NCBI GenBank assembly: GCA_964596595.1
Contig: CAZQUI010000001.1
Coordinates: 15,817-79,816 of the forward strand
DNA from: an uncultured Candidatus Saccharibacteria bacterium
Lineage (GTDB): Bacteria > Patescibacteriota > Minisyncoccia > Phycocordibacterales > PALSA-1337
Direction: 5' to 3'
Length of the DNA stretch: 64,000 nucleotides
Positions 55,618 through 64,000 of this stretch are shown here, piece after piece. The notes beneath the pieces are model-generated. The model worked only from the letters and a program-made list of their open reading frames with translations. It had not been told where the DNA came from and did not search any database. The translations under genes were made by a program, and so were the position numbers. Numbering within the stretch: position 1 is the first letter of the stretch; each line of letters starts with the position of its first letter.

Positions 55618-58038
55618 TTATTTAAGATCTCCCCAATTATTACCGATAGCACTTTCTGCTTTAAGTATAATACCTTTTATTTTCTCTGGAAGTATTACGG
55701 ACTCCATAATCGCTACGATATCTTCGGCTATTTCTTTTGCTTTATCTTCCCTCACCTCATAAACCAACTCATCATGAACTTGAAGTAAAGGAAAAACATC
55801 ATTTTCCAATTTTTCTTTAACAATCCACTGATCGATCTTAATTAGTGCCAACTTAATAATATCAGCCTCTGTACCTTGAATAGGTGCATTAAAAGCCATA
55901 CGTTCAGCGGCCGCTCGAATATAAGGAATTTTAGAATCTAAACCTTGAAAATATCTTCTTCTTCCAAAATAAGTTTCTGTATATCCTTTTCGGGCCCCTT
56001 CGGCTTTAACCTGATCTATATATTTTGCCAAAGTAGAAAATGTTTGAAAATAATCATTCAAAAATCTCTGAGCTTCTTCTCTAGTAGTATCGAGATTTTG
56101 TCTCAGAGCAACAACGCCCATGCCATATAAAATACCAAAATTTATAACCTTAGCCTGACGACGCATATTGGAAGTTACATCTTCTGGAGCAACATGGAAC
56201 ATATAAGCTGCCACAGTAGTATGAACATCTTCACCATCACGGAAAATTTGGATTAATTTTTCATCACCCGAAAGAAAAGCTGCGATACGCAATTCTATCT
56301 GAGAATAATCTATAGAGACCAACTTAAATCCTTTTTCTGCCACAAAAGCGTATCTGATCGCCTTACCTAAATCAGATTTTATAGGAATATTTTGAAGATT
56401 TGGATTTTGCGAAGCCATACGACCAGTAGTAGAACCAGCCGAAATAAAATCTGTATGCAAACGATCGTTACTATCCAAAAGTGGTGGTATAGCGTCGATA
56501 TAAGTAGAAAGTAATTTTTGTAACTCTCGATGCTCAAATATCAAAGGAACAATTGGATGAAGATCTTTTAATTTTTCCAATTCTGATTCACGAGTCGAGC
56601 GAGCTCCTCCGCCGGTCTTTTTCATATTTTTCCCAACTAGACCCAATTTATCAAACAAAATTTCACCTAACTGTTTTGGTGAATTAATATTAAATTCTGA
56701 GCCTGCAAGTTCATGAATTTTCTTTTCTAAAATAGAAAGTTCCTTGTGATACTTTTTAGCTAAATTATTCAAAAAATCTTTGTCTATCTTTATGCCCCGT
56801 TTTTCCATTTTTGAAAGAATTGGTATAAGCGGCAATTCAATAGTTTCAAATATCTTTTTTACATCACGACGATCCATTTCTTCAAAAATTGCCTTTTTAG
56901 CAACTTCAAAATCATCAGTATTTGCAAAATTTAAAATATCTTCTAGTTTTGGATTTGTCACATCAGAATTTACTAACCACAAAGCCAGACCAACCTTCTC
57001 CAATTCTTCTTTTGAAACAGGACTGCCAAAAGACATACTAAGCGTGTTATTAACCGGCAAATCTGAATCTGTTTTTTTATCTTTAGTTTGATTGGTAATC
57101 ACAAGATTCTTTTTACCTGTTATGTAGTTATCCAATTTTTGACCCAAAGTCCGAAATTCCAATTCGTGCCAGAGAGCTTTAACTTTTTTAATATCCAAAC
57201 TTTCTTTAAAAGTTTTTTCAGGCAAAACAAAATCAATCGCCACATCACGACGAATCGTAGCTAAAGTCTTACTAAATTCTGCCTCTTCTTTATTATCTTT
57301 AAGTAACTGAACAATACGTGGAGTAATTCCAGCCTTGATGAACTTTTCTTCATGACCAGCTTCAAGTTCTTTGTACATATTTTCTATTGTTCCAAAAGTA
57401 GTGATTAGAATTGTCGCTGTTTTTTCTCCAATTCCTTTTATGCCCGGAATATTATCAGACGGATCTCCACGCAGACCTTTATAGTCCGGAATAAGTTCGG
57501 GACCAAAACCGTATCTTTCTATAACTGCTTTTTCATTATAAATAATAGTATCTTTTATACCCTTCTTTAAAGTATAAACTCGCACCTTATCATCTGATAT
57601 CAATTGCATCGTATCCATATCGCCCGATGCAATAATAATCTCTATGTCCTCATCTTTGATCTTTGATTTTTGATTTTTAATCTTCTCTACGATCGTCCCC
57701 AAAATATCGTCAGCTTCAAAACCTTCTTTATCGTATATTGGTATATCTAGCGCTTCATAAACTTTTCTAGAAGAAATAATTTGTTGCACCAAAGCATCAT
57801 CGGTTTTTTGACGACCCGCTTTGTATTCTTTAAAAACCTCATGTCTATATGTTGGCCCAGCCAAATCATAAGCAGCGACAACATAGTCTGGTTTAAGATC
57901 TTCAAAAATCTTTATAAGCATAGTAGATAAACCATATAAAGCTCCTGTTGGTTGACCTTTTGAGGTCGAAAAATCTGGCAAAGCGTGATAAGCGCGATGC
58001 AAAATAGCGTGTGAATCTAAAAGAATGAGTCTTTTCAT
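55618..58038 (-). CDS. polA: DNA polymerase I (5'-3' exonuclease + polymerase; no obvious 3'-5' proofreading domain)
   Basis: N-terminal 'MKRLILLDSHAILHRAYHA' FEN/5'-exo domain. Pol A motifs are 'DYSQIELR', 'RRQAKVINFGILYGMG' and 'LLQVHDELVYEV'. The 806-aa length leaves little room for a functional 3'-5' exo domain. Confidence 0.9.
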   Translation of the reverse strand: MKRLILLDSHAILHRAYHALPDFSTSKGQPTGALYGLSTMLIKIFEDLKPDYVVAAYDLAGPTYRHEVFKEYKAGRQKTDDALVQQIISSRKVYEALDIPIYDKEGFEADDILGTIVEKIKNQKSKIKDEDIEIIIASGDMDTMQLISDDKVRVYTLKKGIKDTIIYNEKAVIERYGFGPELIPDYKGLRGDPSDNIPGIKGIGEKTATILITTFGTIENMYKELEAGHEEKFIKAGITPRIVQLLKDNKEEAEFSKTLATIRRDVAIDFVLPEKTFKESLDIKKVKALWHELEFRTLGQKLDNYITGKKNLVITNQTKDKKTDSDLPVNNTLSMSFGSPVSKEELEKVGLALWLVNSDVTNPKLEDILNFANTDDFEVAKKAIFEEMDRRDVKKIFETIELPLIPILSKMEKRGIKIDKDFLNNLAKKYHKELSILEKKIHELAGSEFNINSPKQLGEILFDKLGLVGKNMKKTGGGARSTRESELEKLKDLHPIVPLIFEHRELQKLLSTYIDAIPPLLDSNDRLHTDFISAGSTTGRMASQNPNLQNIPIKSDLGKAIRYAFVAEKGFKLVSIDYSQIELRIAAFLSGDEKLIQIFRDGEDVHTTVAAYMFHVAPEDVTSNMRRQAKVINFGILYGMGVVALRQNLDTTREEAQRFLNDYFQTFSTLAKYIDQVKAEGARKGYTETYFGRRRYFQGLDSKIPYIRAAAERMAFNAPIQGTEADIIKLALIKIDQWIVKEKLENDVFPLLQVHDELVYEVREDKAKEIAEDIVAIMESVILPEKIKGIILKAESAIGNNWGDLK

Positions 58039-58111
58039 AGCAACATTGTACCCTTATTTTTTGGTTTATCCAGCAAAATCCAATTAGACCAATTTATATA
58101 TAAAATAAAAA

Positions 58112-58555
58112 TTACTTAATTTCTATGTGATGAATTTTCTCGTTAGCCAAAAAACTCAAATGACACAACCCACCAAAATCCCTCAAAGAAACGTTTTCTG
58201 GCCACTCTATCAAAACCAAATTGTTACGATCAGCAATAATATTTTCCCAATCCAGAACTTCTAACTCTTCCCTTTTCTCCAATCTATAAGCATCTATATG
58301 AACCAATCTTTTCCAATTTGGATGTTTTATTGGATAAATTTTCATGATCACAAAAGTTGGACTGGTGATCTCTTCTGTAATTCCTAAACTTTTTCCTAAC
58401 ACTTTTACAAAAGCTGTTTTACCAGAACCTAAATGTCCAGAAAGACCGACCAGAGCAGCTTCGTCACTATCGGCATATTTAACAGCTAAATCCTTGAGCC
58501 AATTTAGAGCTATTTCTTTTGTCTCATCCAGAGAATGTGATGTATAGGATTTCAT
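58112..58555 (-). CDS. tsaE: tRNA threonylcarbamoyladenosine (t6A) biosynthesis protein TsaE
   Basis: P-loop 'GLSGHLGSGKTAFVK' and 'ITSPTFVIMKIY' TsaE/YjeE blocks. Confidence 0.8.
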   Translation of the reverse strand: MKSYTSHSLDETKEIALNWLKDLAVKYADSDEAALVGLSGHLGSGKTAFVKVLGKSLGITEEITSPTFVIMKIYPIKHPNWKRLVHIDAYRLEKREELEVLDWENIIADRNNLVLIEWPENVSLRDFGGLCHLSFLANEKIHHIEIK

Positions 58556-58570
58556 AAAATAAATATACCA

Positions 58571-58607
58571 TATAAAAATCAGCCGCTTTTCCGAAGATAA
58601 GCGGCTG
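58571..58607 (-). terminator. Intrinsic terminator after the lipoprotein gene
   Basis: cagccgctt-N10-aagcggctg 9-bp stem followed on the minus strand by ATTTTTATAT. Confidence 0.5.
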
Positions 58608-58633
58608 AGGTGAAAGGATTGCTCCTTTATTTT

Positions 58634-59188
58634 TTATTTTTGTGGTTGTAAACCATGAGGCCTACCTGATCCTCCATTTCCTCCTTGGTAATTTTGAGGA
58701 TGAGTCGGATTCGGCCCCACCGGCGGTTGAGGACGATTCGGTGCTACCGGAGGCTGAAGGCCGTGGCGCCGATGGCCGGAGTTGCCAGGATCTCCAAAGT
58801 ACTGAAATTTCGTTTCCCTTTGGAAATGCAATTCCATCTCAGTGGATGAAGGTCCCGTAATCACTGGCTGGTCAATCCACCATCCAACATTTGGAGTCGT
58901 GTGTGGAGGTGGAACAAATGGCGAACCACCTGGATGAACATCAGAGCCATACCACGGTCCGCGACCGAACTGACCAGGATACGAGACTGACCTGTGAACA
59001 TAGATAGGATAACCTGACCCCGTCCACACATTAATCTCGCCACCCACCACAATCCGACTGGTGGTTTTTCGAGTTACCGTCGTATTGCCCACTTGCTGTG
59101 AGCAGACTTTAGTATTCGTCACCGACGCGCATCCCCCTCCGACGAAAACCAAACTGAGGAGACAAACCAACAAAACAATATTTTTCAT
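58634..59188 (-). CDS. Secreted/lipoprotein with Pro/Gly-rich C-terminal half
   Basis: Signal peptide with Cys at 'FVGGGCAS'. The C-terminal ~90 aa is about 40 % Pro/Gly ('PPVAPNRPQPPVGPNPTHPQ'). The gene is locally GC-enriched relative to the window. Confidence 0.4.
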   Translation of the reverse strand: MKNIVLLVCLLSLVFVGGGCASVTNTKVCSQQVGNTTVTRKTTSRIVVGGEINVWTGSGYPIYVHRSVSYPGQFGRGPWYGSDVHPGGSPFVPPPHTTPNVGWWIDQPVITGPSSTEMELHFQRETKFQYFGDPGNSGHRRHGLQPPVAPNRPQPPVGPNPTHPQNYQGGNGGSGRPHGLQPQK

Positions 59189-59307
59189 ATTTCACTTGTG
59201 CTCCCCTAACACCATGTCAGGGATTCTGGTCATATTATATCATTTTTATGGCTATATTGTCAATATGGCTATAAAAAATATTAAGCTATAATACTATAAA
59301 ATAATAC

Positions 59308-60876
59308 ATGGGATATAATCTCACACTTCATAACGTAGGTTTTATTTCAGGTGCCATTATTGCTCTAGCTTTTGCCTTATTCGTATACCTTAAAGATAAA
59401 AATTCTAAACCAAACATTATGTTTGGACTCGCTTTTTTAGGTATTGTTTTATTTTGCGGATCACACGTTATCGGTGTTAACATCAAAGATCCTTATTTAT
59501 CTCGTAATGTTCTAATGTGGAATTTATCTGTGATTTGGATCGCTTGTTTCTTGACCCATTGTTCATTTGCCATGATTGGTGCGGTAAAAAAGCAACGTAT
59601 ATTCATGACCATTATGTATGCTCTTGCCTTTATTTTGACCACTTTTTACATTTTACAACCAAATGCTTTTCTCCTCCCATCTGTACCAAAGATGTACTTT
59701 CCCAACTATTATGTGGCTGGTAATCTCCAGTGGATTATGCGTATATTTTTTTCAATAGGTGTACCAATTTATTTTCTTTCATACTTATTCTATTCATACA
59801 ATCACGCAGATATCATAATGCGTAATCGTCTTAAATATTTCTTTCTATCATTAACTCTTGGTTACAGCATTGGTTCATTAGCAATTCCTTTAGTTTACAA
59901 TATTGCTATTGATCCTATATATGCTTCAGTTGCGGTCCCGGTGTTAGCTATTCCAATGGCCTATGCACTAGTTCGATACAATCTTATGGATATTAGGCTG
60001 ATTACAAAACGTGCACTTTTATTTGCAACGATAGTAGCTATTAGTAGTTTTGGGATTTTTTCTGTAGGTTATATTAATTTCACTTTGATTTCAAAATTCT
60101 CAGATTTTCCTGGATGGATACTTCCTATTATTGCCAGTTGTATAGCCACTGGTCTTGGAATTATAGTTTGGTATAAATTCCGTGAGTCCGACATCCTAAA
60201 ATACGAATTTATCACAATTGTAACCCATAAACTTCGCACTCCTCTTACTGCCATAAAATGGTCTGCTGAAAACTTGACATCATTTGTTTCAACTGAGGGA
60301 CAAAAAGATCTAAATAATATAAAATCTGGAACTGAAAGATTGGTTGAATTGTCTAATATAATAGCAAACGTATCTTCTGAAGACCAAGAACAATATGCTT
60401 ACCACTACACAACAACAGACTTAGTAGAAATGTGTACTTCGATTATAAAAGAACACAAGGATCAAGCAAAATCAAAAAATATCAATCTTCTAATTAAAAA
60501 AATACCCTCAACACCAACATATATACAAGCAGACAAGATAAAATTACGTATTTGTTTTCAAACACTTATTGATAATGCTCTTACTTATACCCCACAAAAT
60601 GGCTTGGTATCTTTAGACATAAACAAAAATGGAAATATGGTATTAATATCTATTAATGACACAGGGATAGGACTTTCAAAAGAAGAACTGCGTATGATAT
60701 TCTCCCGTCTTTACCGTACTGATACTGCTCGTAATATTTCAACGGAAGGAATGGGAGTTGGCTTATTTGTTGCAAAAAAAATCATTGAGAGACACAATGG
60801 CCGCATTTATGCTCGGTCTGATGGTAAAAATACCGGTTCAACATTTATTATATCTTTACCGGTGTTAAAATCTTAA
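59308..60876 (+). CDS. Sensor histidine kinase with polytopic membrane sensor domain
   Basis: About 9 N-terminal TM helices, HisKA 'ITIVTHKLRTPLTAIKWSAENL', and HATPase_c N/G boxes 'LIDNALTYT', 'DTGIGLSKEE' and 'GMGVGLFVAKKIIERH'. Confidence 0.8.
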   Translation: MGYNLTLHNVGFISGAIIALAFALFVYLKDKNSKPNIMFGLAFLGIVLFCGSHVIGVNIKDPYLSRNVLMWNLSVIWIACFLTHCSFAMIGAVKKQRIFMTIMYALAFILTTFYILQPNAFLLPSVPKMYFPNYYVAGNLQWIMRIFFSIGVPIYFLSYLFYSYNHADIIMRNRLKYFFLSLTLGYSIGSLAIPLVYNIAIDPIYASVAVPVLAIPMAYALVRYNLMDIRLITKRALLFATIVAISSFGIFSVGYINFTLISKFSDFPGWILPIIASCIATGLGIIVWYKFRESDILKYEFITIVTHKLRTPLTAIKWSAENLTSFVSTEGQKDLNNIKSGTERLVELSNIIANVSSEDQEQYAYHYTTTDLVEMCTSIIKEHKDQAKSKNINLLIKKIPSTPTYIQADKIKLRICFQTLIDNALTYTPQNGLVSLDINKNGNMVLISINDTGIGLSKEELRMIFSRLYRTDTARNISTEGMGVGLFVAKKIIERHNGRIYARSDGKNTGSTFIISLPVLKS

Positions 60877-60896
60877 CACCTGCTATACTTATATAC

Positions 60897-62570
60897 ATGA
60901 TCCTCAAATTCGATGAAGATAAACAAAATAGAAAGCTCAACGATCTCCTCCACAAAGAAGAAGAGGATCTCGTCCAAGTCTTAGCTGGCAAATACAATGT
61001 CGAATATGTCAGTCTTCTCGCCACCCCTATAAATACCGATGCATTGCGCCTCGCTGAACAAAAAGTTGCCATCGAAGCACAACTTGCTCCTTATGCTATC
61101 ATTGATAAGAAAGTCAAAATTGCCGCGCGCAATCCGCAAGACCCTCGAGTCCTCTCATTTGTCGAATCCTTAAAAACCAAAGGTTACATTCCTGAATTAC
61201 ATATCACTTCTACCCAAAGTCTCCAAAAAGCCTGGAAGATGTACAACGATCTTTCTTTTGCCTATGAGAGTAAAGCTGGTTCTCTCGAAATTTCCAGTAG
61301 CGATATCAATTCCATTGTTGAGCAAGCCAAAAGTCTCCCCGATATCATTAAAATTCTCGAAGATACTATTGCAGCCAAGAAGAGTTATCGCGTCTCTCGT
61401 ATTTTGGAAACCATCGTAGCCGGAGCTCTGGCTGTTGGTGCTTCTGACGTACACCTTGAGCCAGAAGAATCTTACATTCGATTAAGATATCGTTTGGATG
61501 GTGTGCTTCAAAAAGTTGTCGATTTTGACAAAGATACTTATGCTCTACTTTTGTCACGATTGAAACTAATCTCCGGAATGAAACTTAATATTAAAAAAGA
61601 TTCTCAGGATGGGCGTTTTAGTATCAAACTTGGTATTGGAGATATAGAAGTTCGTGCATCGGTATTACCTGGTGCATACAATGAATCAGTGGTACTACGT
61701 TTACTCAATCCAAAATCTATAGATGTCCCTCTGGAATCTTTGGGTATAAACGAAAAACTTCTCAAAATTATTTTAGCCGAAATCAATCGCCCCGATGGTA
61801 TGTTGCTAACCACTGGCCCAACCGGCTCGGGTAAAACTACCACTTTGTATTCATTCCTCAAAAAAGTTCATTCACCTGACGTCAAAATTATTACTATTGA
61901 GGATCCGATCGAATATCATTTACCTGGCATTGTCCAAACGCAGGTTAATGACAAAGGCTATAGTTTCCTCGAGGGATTGCGTGCAGCTGTTCGACAAGAC
62001 CCTGACATTATCATGGTTGGTGAAATACGTGATCATGAAACTGCAGAGATCGCTATAAATTCTGCTTTGACAGGACACTTGGTTTTCTCGACCTTACACA
62101 CCAATGATGCAGCGGGTACCTTCCCTCGTTTAGCAGAACTCGGTGTTAATCCGGGCATCACCCCATCAGCTGTGCGCGTCTCTATGGCCCAACGTCTCTT
62201 ACGCAGGCTCTGTGAACACTGCAAAGAAGAAATCCCTCTCGAGGGTGAAAATAAGAAAAATATGGATGAAATTTTAGCTACTATTGTAGACCCAACGCTC
62301 GTACCAAAAGAATATAATAAAATTTGGACTGCCGAAGGTTGCGATGTTTGTAATCATACCGGCTACAAAGGTCGTATCGGTATTTACGAAGCTATTCTCA
62401 TGGATGAAAATATAGAAAAAGCTGTTAAAACAAATTCCAGTGATCATGAAATTTGGGAAATTGCCAAAGCTCAAGGAATTCTTACCATGAAACAAGATGG
62501 TGCATTAAAAATCTTACAAGGTATCACTTCTCTCGAAGAACTTGAGCGTGTTATTTCTATTCAAGATTAA
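60897..62570 (+). CDS. pilB: Type IV pilus assembly / type II secretion ATPase (PilB/GspE family)
   Basis: Walker A 'GPTGSGKTTTLYSF', Asp box and Walker B 'DPDIIMVGEIRD', His box 'GHLVFSTLHTND', C-terminal tetracysteine 'CEHC...CDVC', N-terminal T2SSE_N-like domain. Confidence 0.85.
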   Translation: MILKFDEDKQNRKLNDLLHKEEEDLVQVLAGKYNVEYVSLLATPINTDALRLAEQKVAIEAQLAPYAIIDKKVKIAARNPQDPRVLSFVESLKTKGYIPELHITSTQSLQKAWKMYNDLSFAYESKAGSLEISSSDINSIVEQAKSLPDIIKILEDTIAAKKSYRVSRILETIVAGALAVGASDVHLEPEESYIRLRYRLDGVLQKVVDFDKDTYALLLSRLKLISGMKLNIKKDSQDGRFSIKLGIGDIEVRASVLPGAYNESVVLRLLNPKSIDVPLESLGINEKLLKIILAEINRPDGMLLTTGPTGSGKTTTLYSFLKKVHSPDVKIITIEDPIEYHLPGIVQTQVNDKGYSFLEGLRAAVRQDPDIIMVGEIRDHETAEIAINSALTGHLVFSTLHTNDAAGTFPRLAELGVNPGITPSAVRVSMAQRLLRRLCEHCKEEIPLEGENKKNMDEILATIVDPTLVPKEYNKIWTAEGCDVCNHTGYKGRIGIYEAILMDENIEKAVKTNSSDHEIWEIAKAQGILTMKQDGALKILQGITSLEELERVISIQD

Positions 62571-62951
62571 ATACGCCGGCTTTATGATCGACTGTCAATT
62601 GATTTTTAGCTGTGTATAGCGCTAGGATTAACAGTAGTAGAGTAAATGAAGTTTTCTTCATTTCAAGTCCATGGATCTCTAAGCAATATCTTATTGCGTG
62701 ATGCATTAAGCGAGGCAGAGTCCCGAGGATAATTTCAGTACGAGTCGCCGAAGCGAAACAACCAACATGTCCTTAGCACTTTGCCCAAACCTGGGAAGGC
62801 CATTGCTTAGAGGTTCGTGAACTCGAAGGTACAAGACAGGATTTAAAATTCAGACTCAAGATTTAACACCAATCGCAGTTTTCTGCAATTTCACATAAAT
62901 ATTTGGTCTGAAAACTCTAAATCATCTATACCTTATCATATATTAAATCGC

Positions 62952-63962
62952 ATGTCAAGCGAATCATTACACTCACCTGCCGAAGAAAAAGAAGCTGGGT
63001 TTTTAGATCAAACCTTGCGTCCCTCACGATGGGATGAATATATTGGACAAAAAACAATCAAAGACAACTTACACATTCTTTTAACTGCTGCAAAAGAGCG
63101 AAAACACCCCCCTGAACATATACTTTTTTATGGTCCACCAGGCCTCGGCAAAACCACTCTCGCCCACCTTATTGCCAAAGAGACTGGTGCGCAGATGAAA
63201 GTCACTTCCGGACCAGCTATCCTAAAAGTTGGAGACCTAGCTTCAATCCTCACCAACCTCTCCCCTGGTGATATTCTTTTTGTAGACGAAATTCATCGCC
63301 TCAATAAAGCAATCGAGGAAGTTCTCTACCCCGCCATGGAATCTGGAGTACTCGACATCATTATTGGTAAAGGACCGTCAGCTCGGACCATCCAACTCGA
63401 CCTTCCACCTTTTACACTTATTGCTGCTACCACACGTATTGCCATGATCTCTTCACCATTACGATCTCGTTTCTCTGGTGGCGTATTTAAACTTGAGTTT
63501 TATACCAACAAAGAGATCGCTAGTATCGTAAAACGTTCGGCAAAAATATTGGGGATCGAAGCTCATGATGACGCTTTAGATGAAATAGCCATTCGTTCCC
63601 GATTTACACCCCGTACCGCAAACTATCACCTAAAACGCTGCCGTGATTATGCTCAAATAAACAAAACTTCTCTTTCAAAAGAGATTGTGAACAAAGCCTT
63701 AGAGATGTTGGGAGTAGACACTATTGGTCTGACTGCTGCTGACAGAGATATTTTGAAAACTATTATCACCAAATTTGGTGGTGGCCCTGTTGGACTCAAT
63801 ACCATCGCCGCTGCGCTCTCCGAAGAACAAGCTACTGTCGAAGAAGTCTATGAACCATATCTCATACAGCTTGGTCTCTTAGAGCGAACTCCTCGCGGAA
63901 GAATTGCTACTGATAAGGCGTACACGCATTTAGGAGAAAAAGGTAGTGCGAAGTTATTATAA
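62952..63962 (+). CDS. ruvB: Holliday junction DNA helicase RuvB
   Basis: '[18 protein letters not shown]', Walker A '[15 protein letters not shown]', Walker B '[10 protein letters not shown]', sensor '[15 protein letters not shown]', winged-helix C-terminus. Confidence 0.9.
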   Translation: MSSESLHSPAEEKEAGFLDQTLRPSRWDEYIGQKTIKDNLHILLTAAKERKHPPEHILFYGPPGLGKTTLAHLIAKETGAQMKVTSGPAILKVGDLASILTNLSPGDILFVDEIHRLNKAIEEVLYPAMESGVLDIIIGKGPSARTIQLDLPPFTLIAATTRIAMISSPLRSRFSGGVFKLEFYTNKEIASIVKRSAKILGIEAHDDALDEIAIRSRFTPRTANYHLKRCRDYAQINKTSLSKEIVNKALEMLGVDTIGLTAADRDILKTIITKFGGGPVGLNTIAAALSEEQATVEEVYEPYLIQLGLLERTPRGRIATDKAYTHLGEKGSAKLL

Positions 63963-64000
63963 AACCTTTCAATTTTTAAATCTAAACGGTAAACTAAATT

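Noticed and set aside
62571-62951. RNase P RNA (rnpB), based on 'AAGTCCATGG' and a 'CCGGCTTTATGATCGACTGTCAA' word resembling P4/P1 strands.
   Set aside because: The 'CCGGCTT' word is at the 5' edge, abutting pilB, and not 3' of the body. No GGAAAGTCC / AGGGCAGG / ACAGAA blocks occur in the right order on either strand. It is kept only as an unclassified ncRNA candidate.

Overview
This is an AT-rich window of roughly mid-30s % GC. It is gene-dense and mostly housekeeping, with small compact proteins, consistent with a reduced-genome (Patescibacteria/CPR-like) bacterium.

Recognisable content:
- Four aminoacyl-tRNA synthetases: metG, glyQS, ileS, argS.
- A one-carbon and pyrimidine cluster: glyA, dut, thyA, a HIT protein, a dCMP-deaminase fusion, folA and folD.
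- Translation and transcription core genes: secE-nusG-rplK, rplS and rpsT.
- DNA repair and replication genes: recO, mpg, mutM, ruvA, ruvB, ruvX, polA and a holA-like gene.
- Envelope and secretion genes: a VKOR/DsbA pair, the pilM, pilN and pilO-like genes plus pilB, a MacAB-like ABC exporter, a cell-wall amidase and a Mur ligase.
- Seven tRNAs: His, Leu-GAG, Val-TAC, Arg-TCT, Ser-TGA, Arg-GCG and Lys-TTT.

Items outside this housekeeping backbone:
1. The IleRS carries a complete histidine-phosphatase (RHG) domain, about 195 aa, inserted into its catalytic core.
2. glyA has a roughly 300-nt structured leader bounded by a near-consensus promoter and a perfect intrinsic terminator, a riboswitch/attenuator candidate.
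3. Downstream of tRNA-Arg(GCG) sit two pseudo-copies of its 3' end at an exact 153-bp period. Their split T-stems bracket GC-rich inserts.
4. A 1.4-kb islet lies between tRNA-His and a partial copy of its 3' end. It carries one orphan gene with Rx4H (HEPN-like) motifs.
5. Further hits: a triplicated small membrane protein cassette, a secreted HAF-repeat/alpha-beta-hydrolase giant, and an unannotated secE.

Several six-frame ORFs are artefacts, either overlapping tRNAs or lying in GC-rich non-coding DNA.
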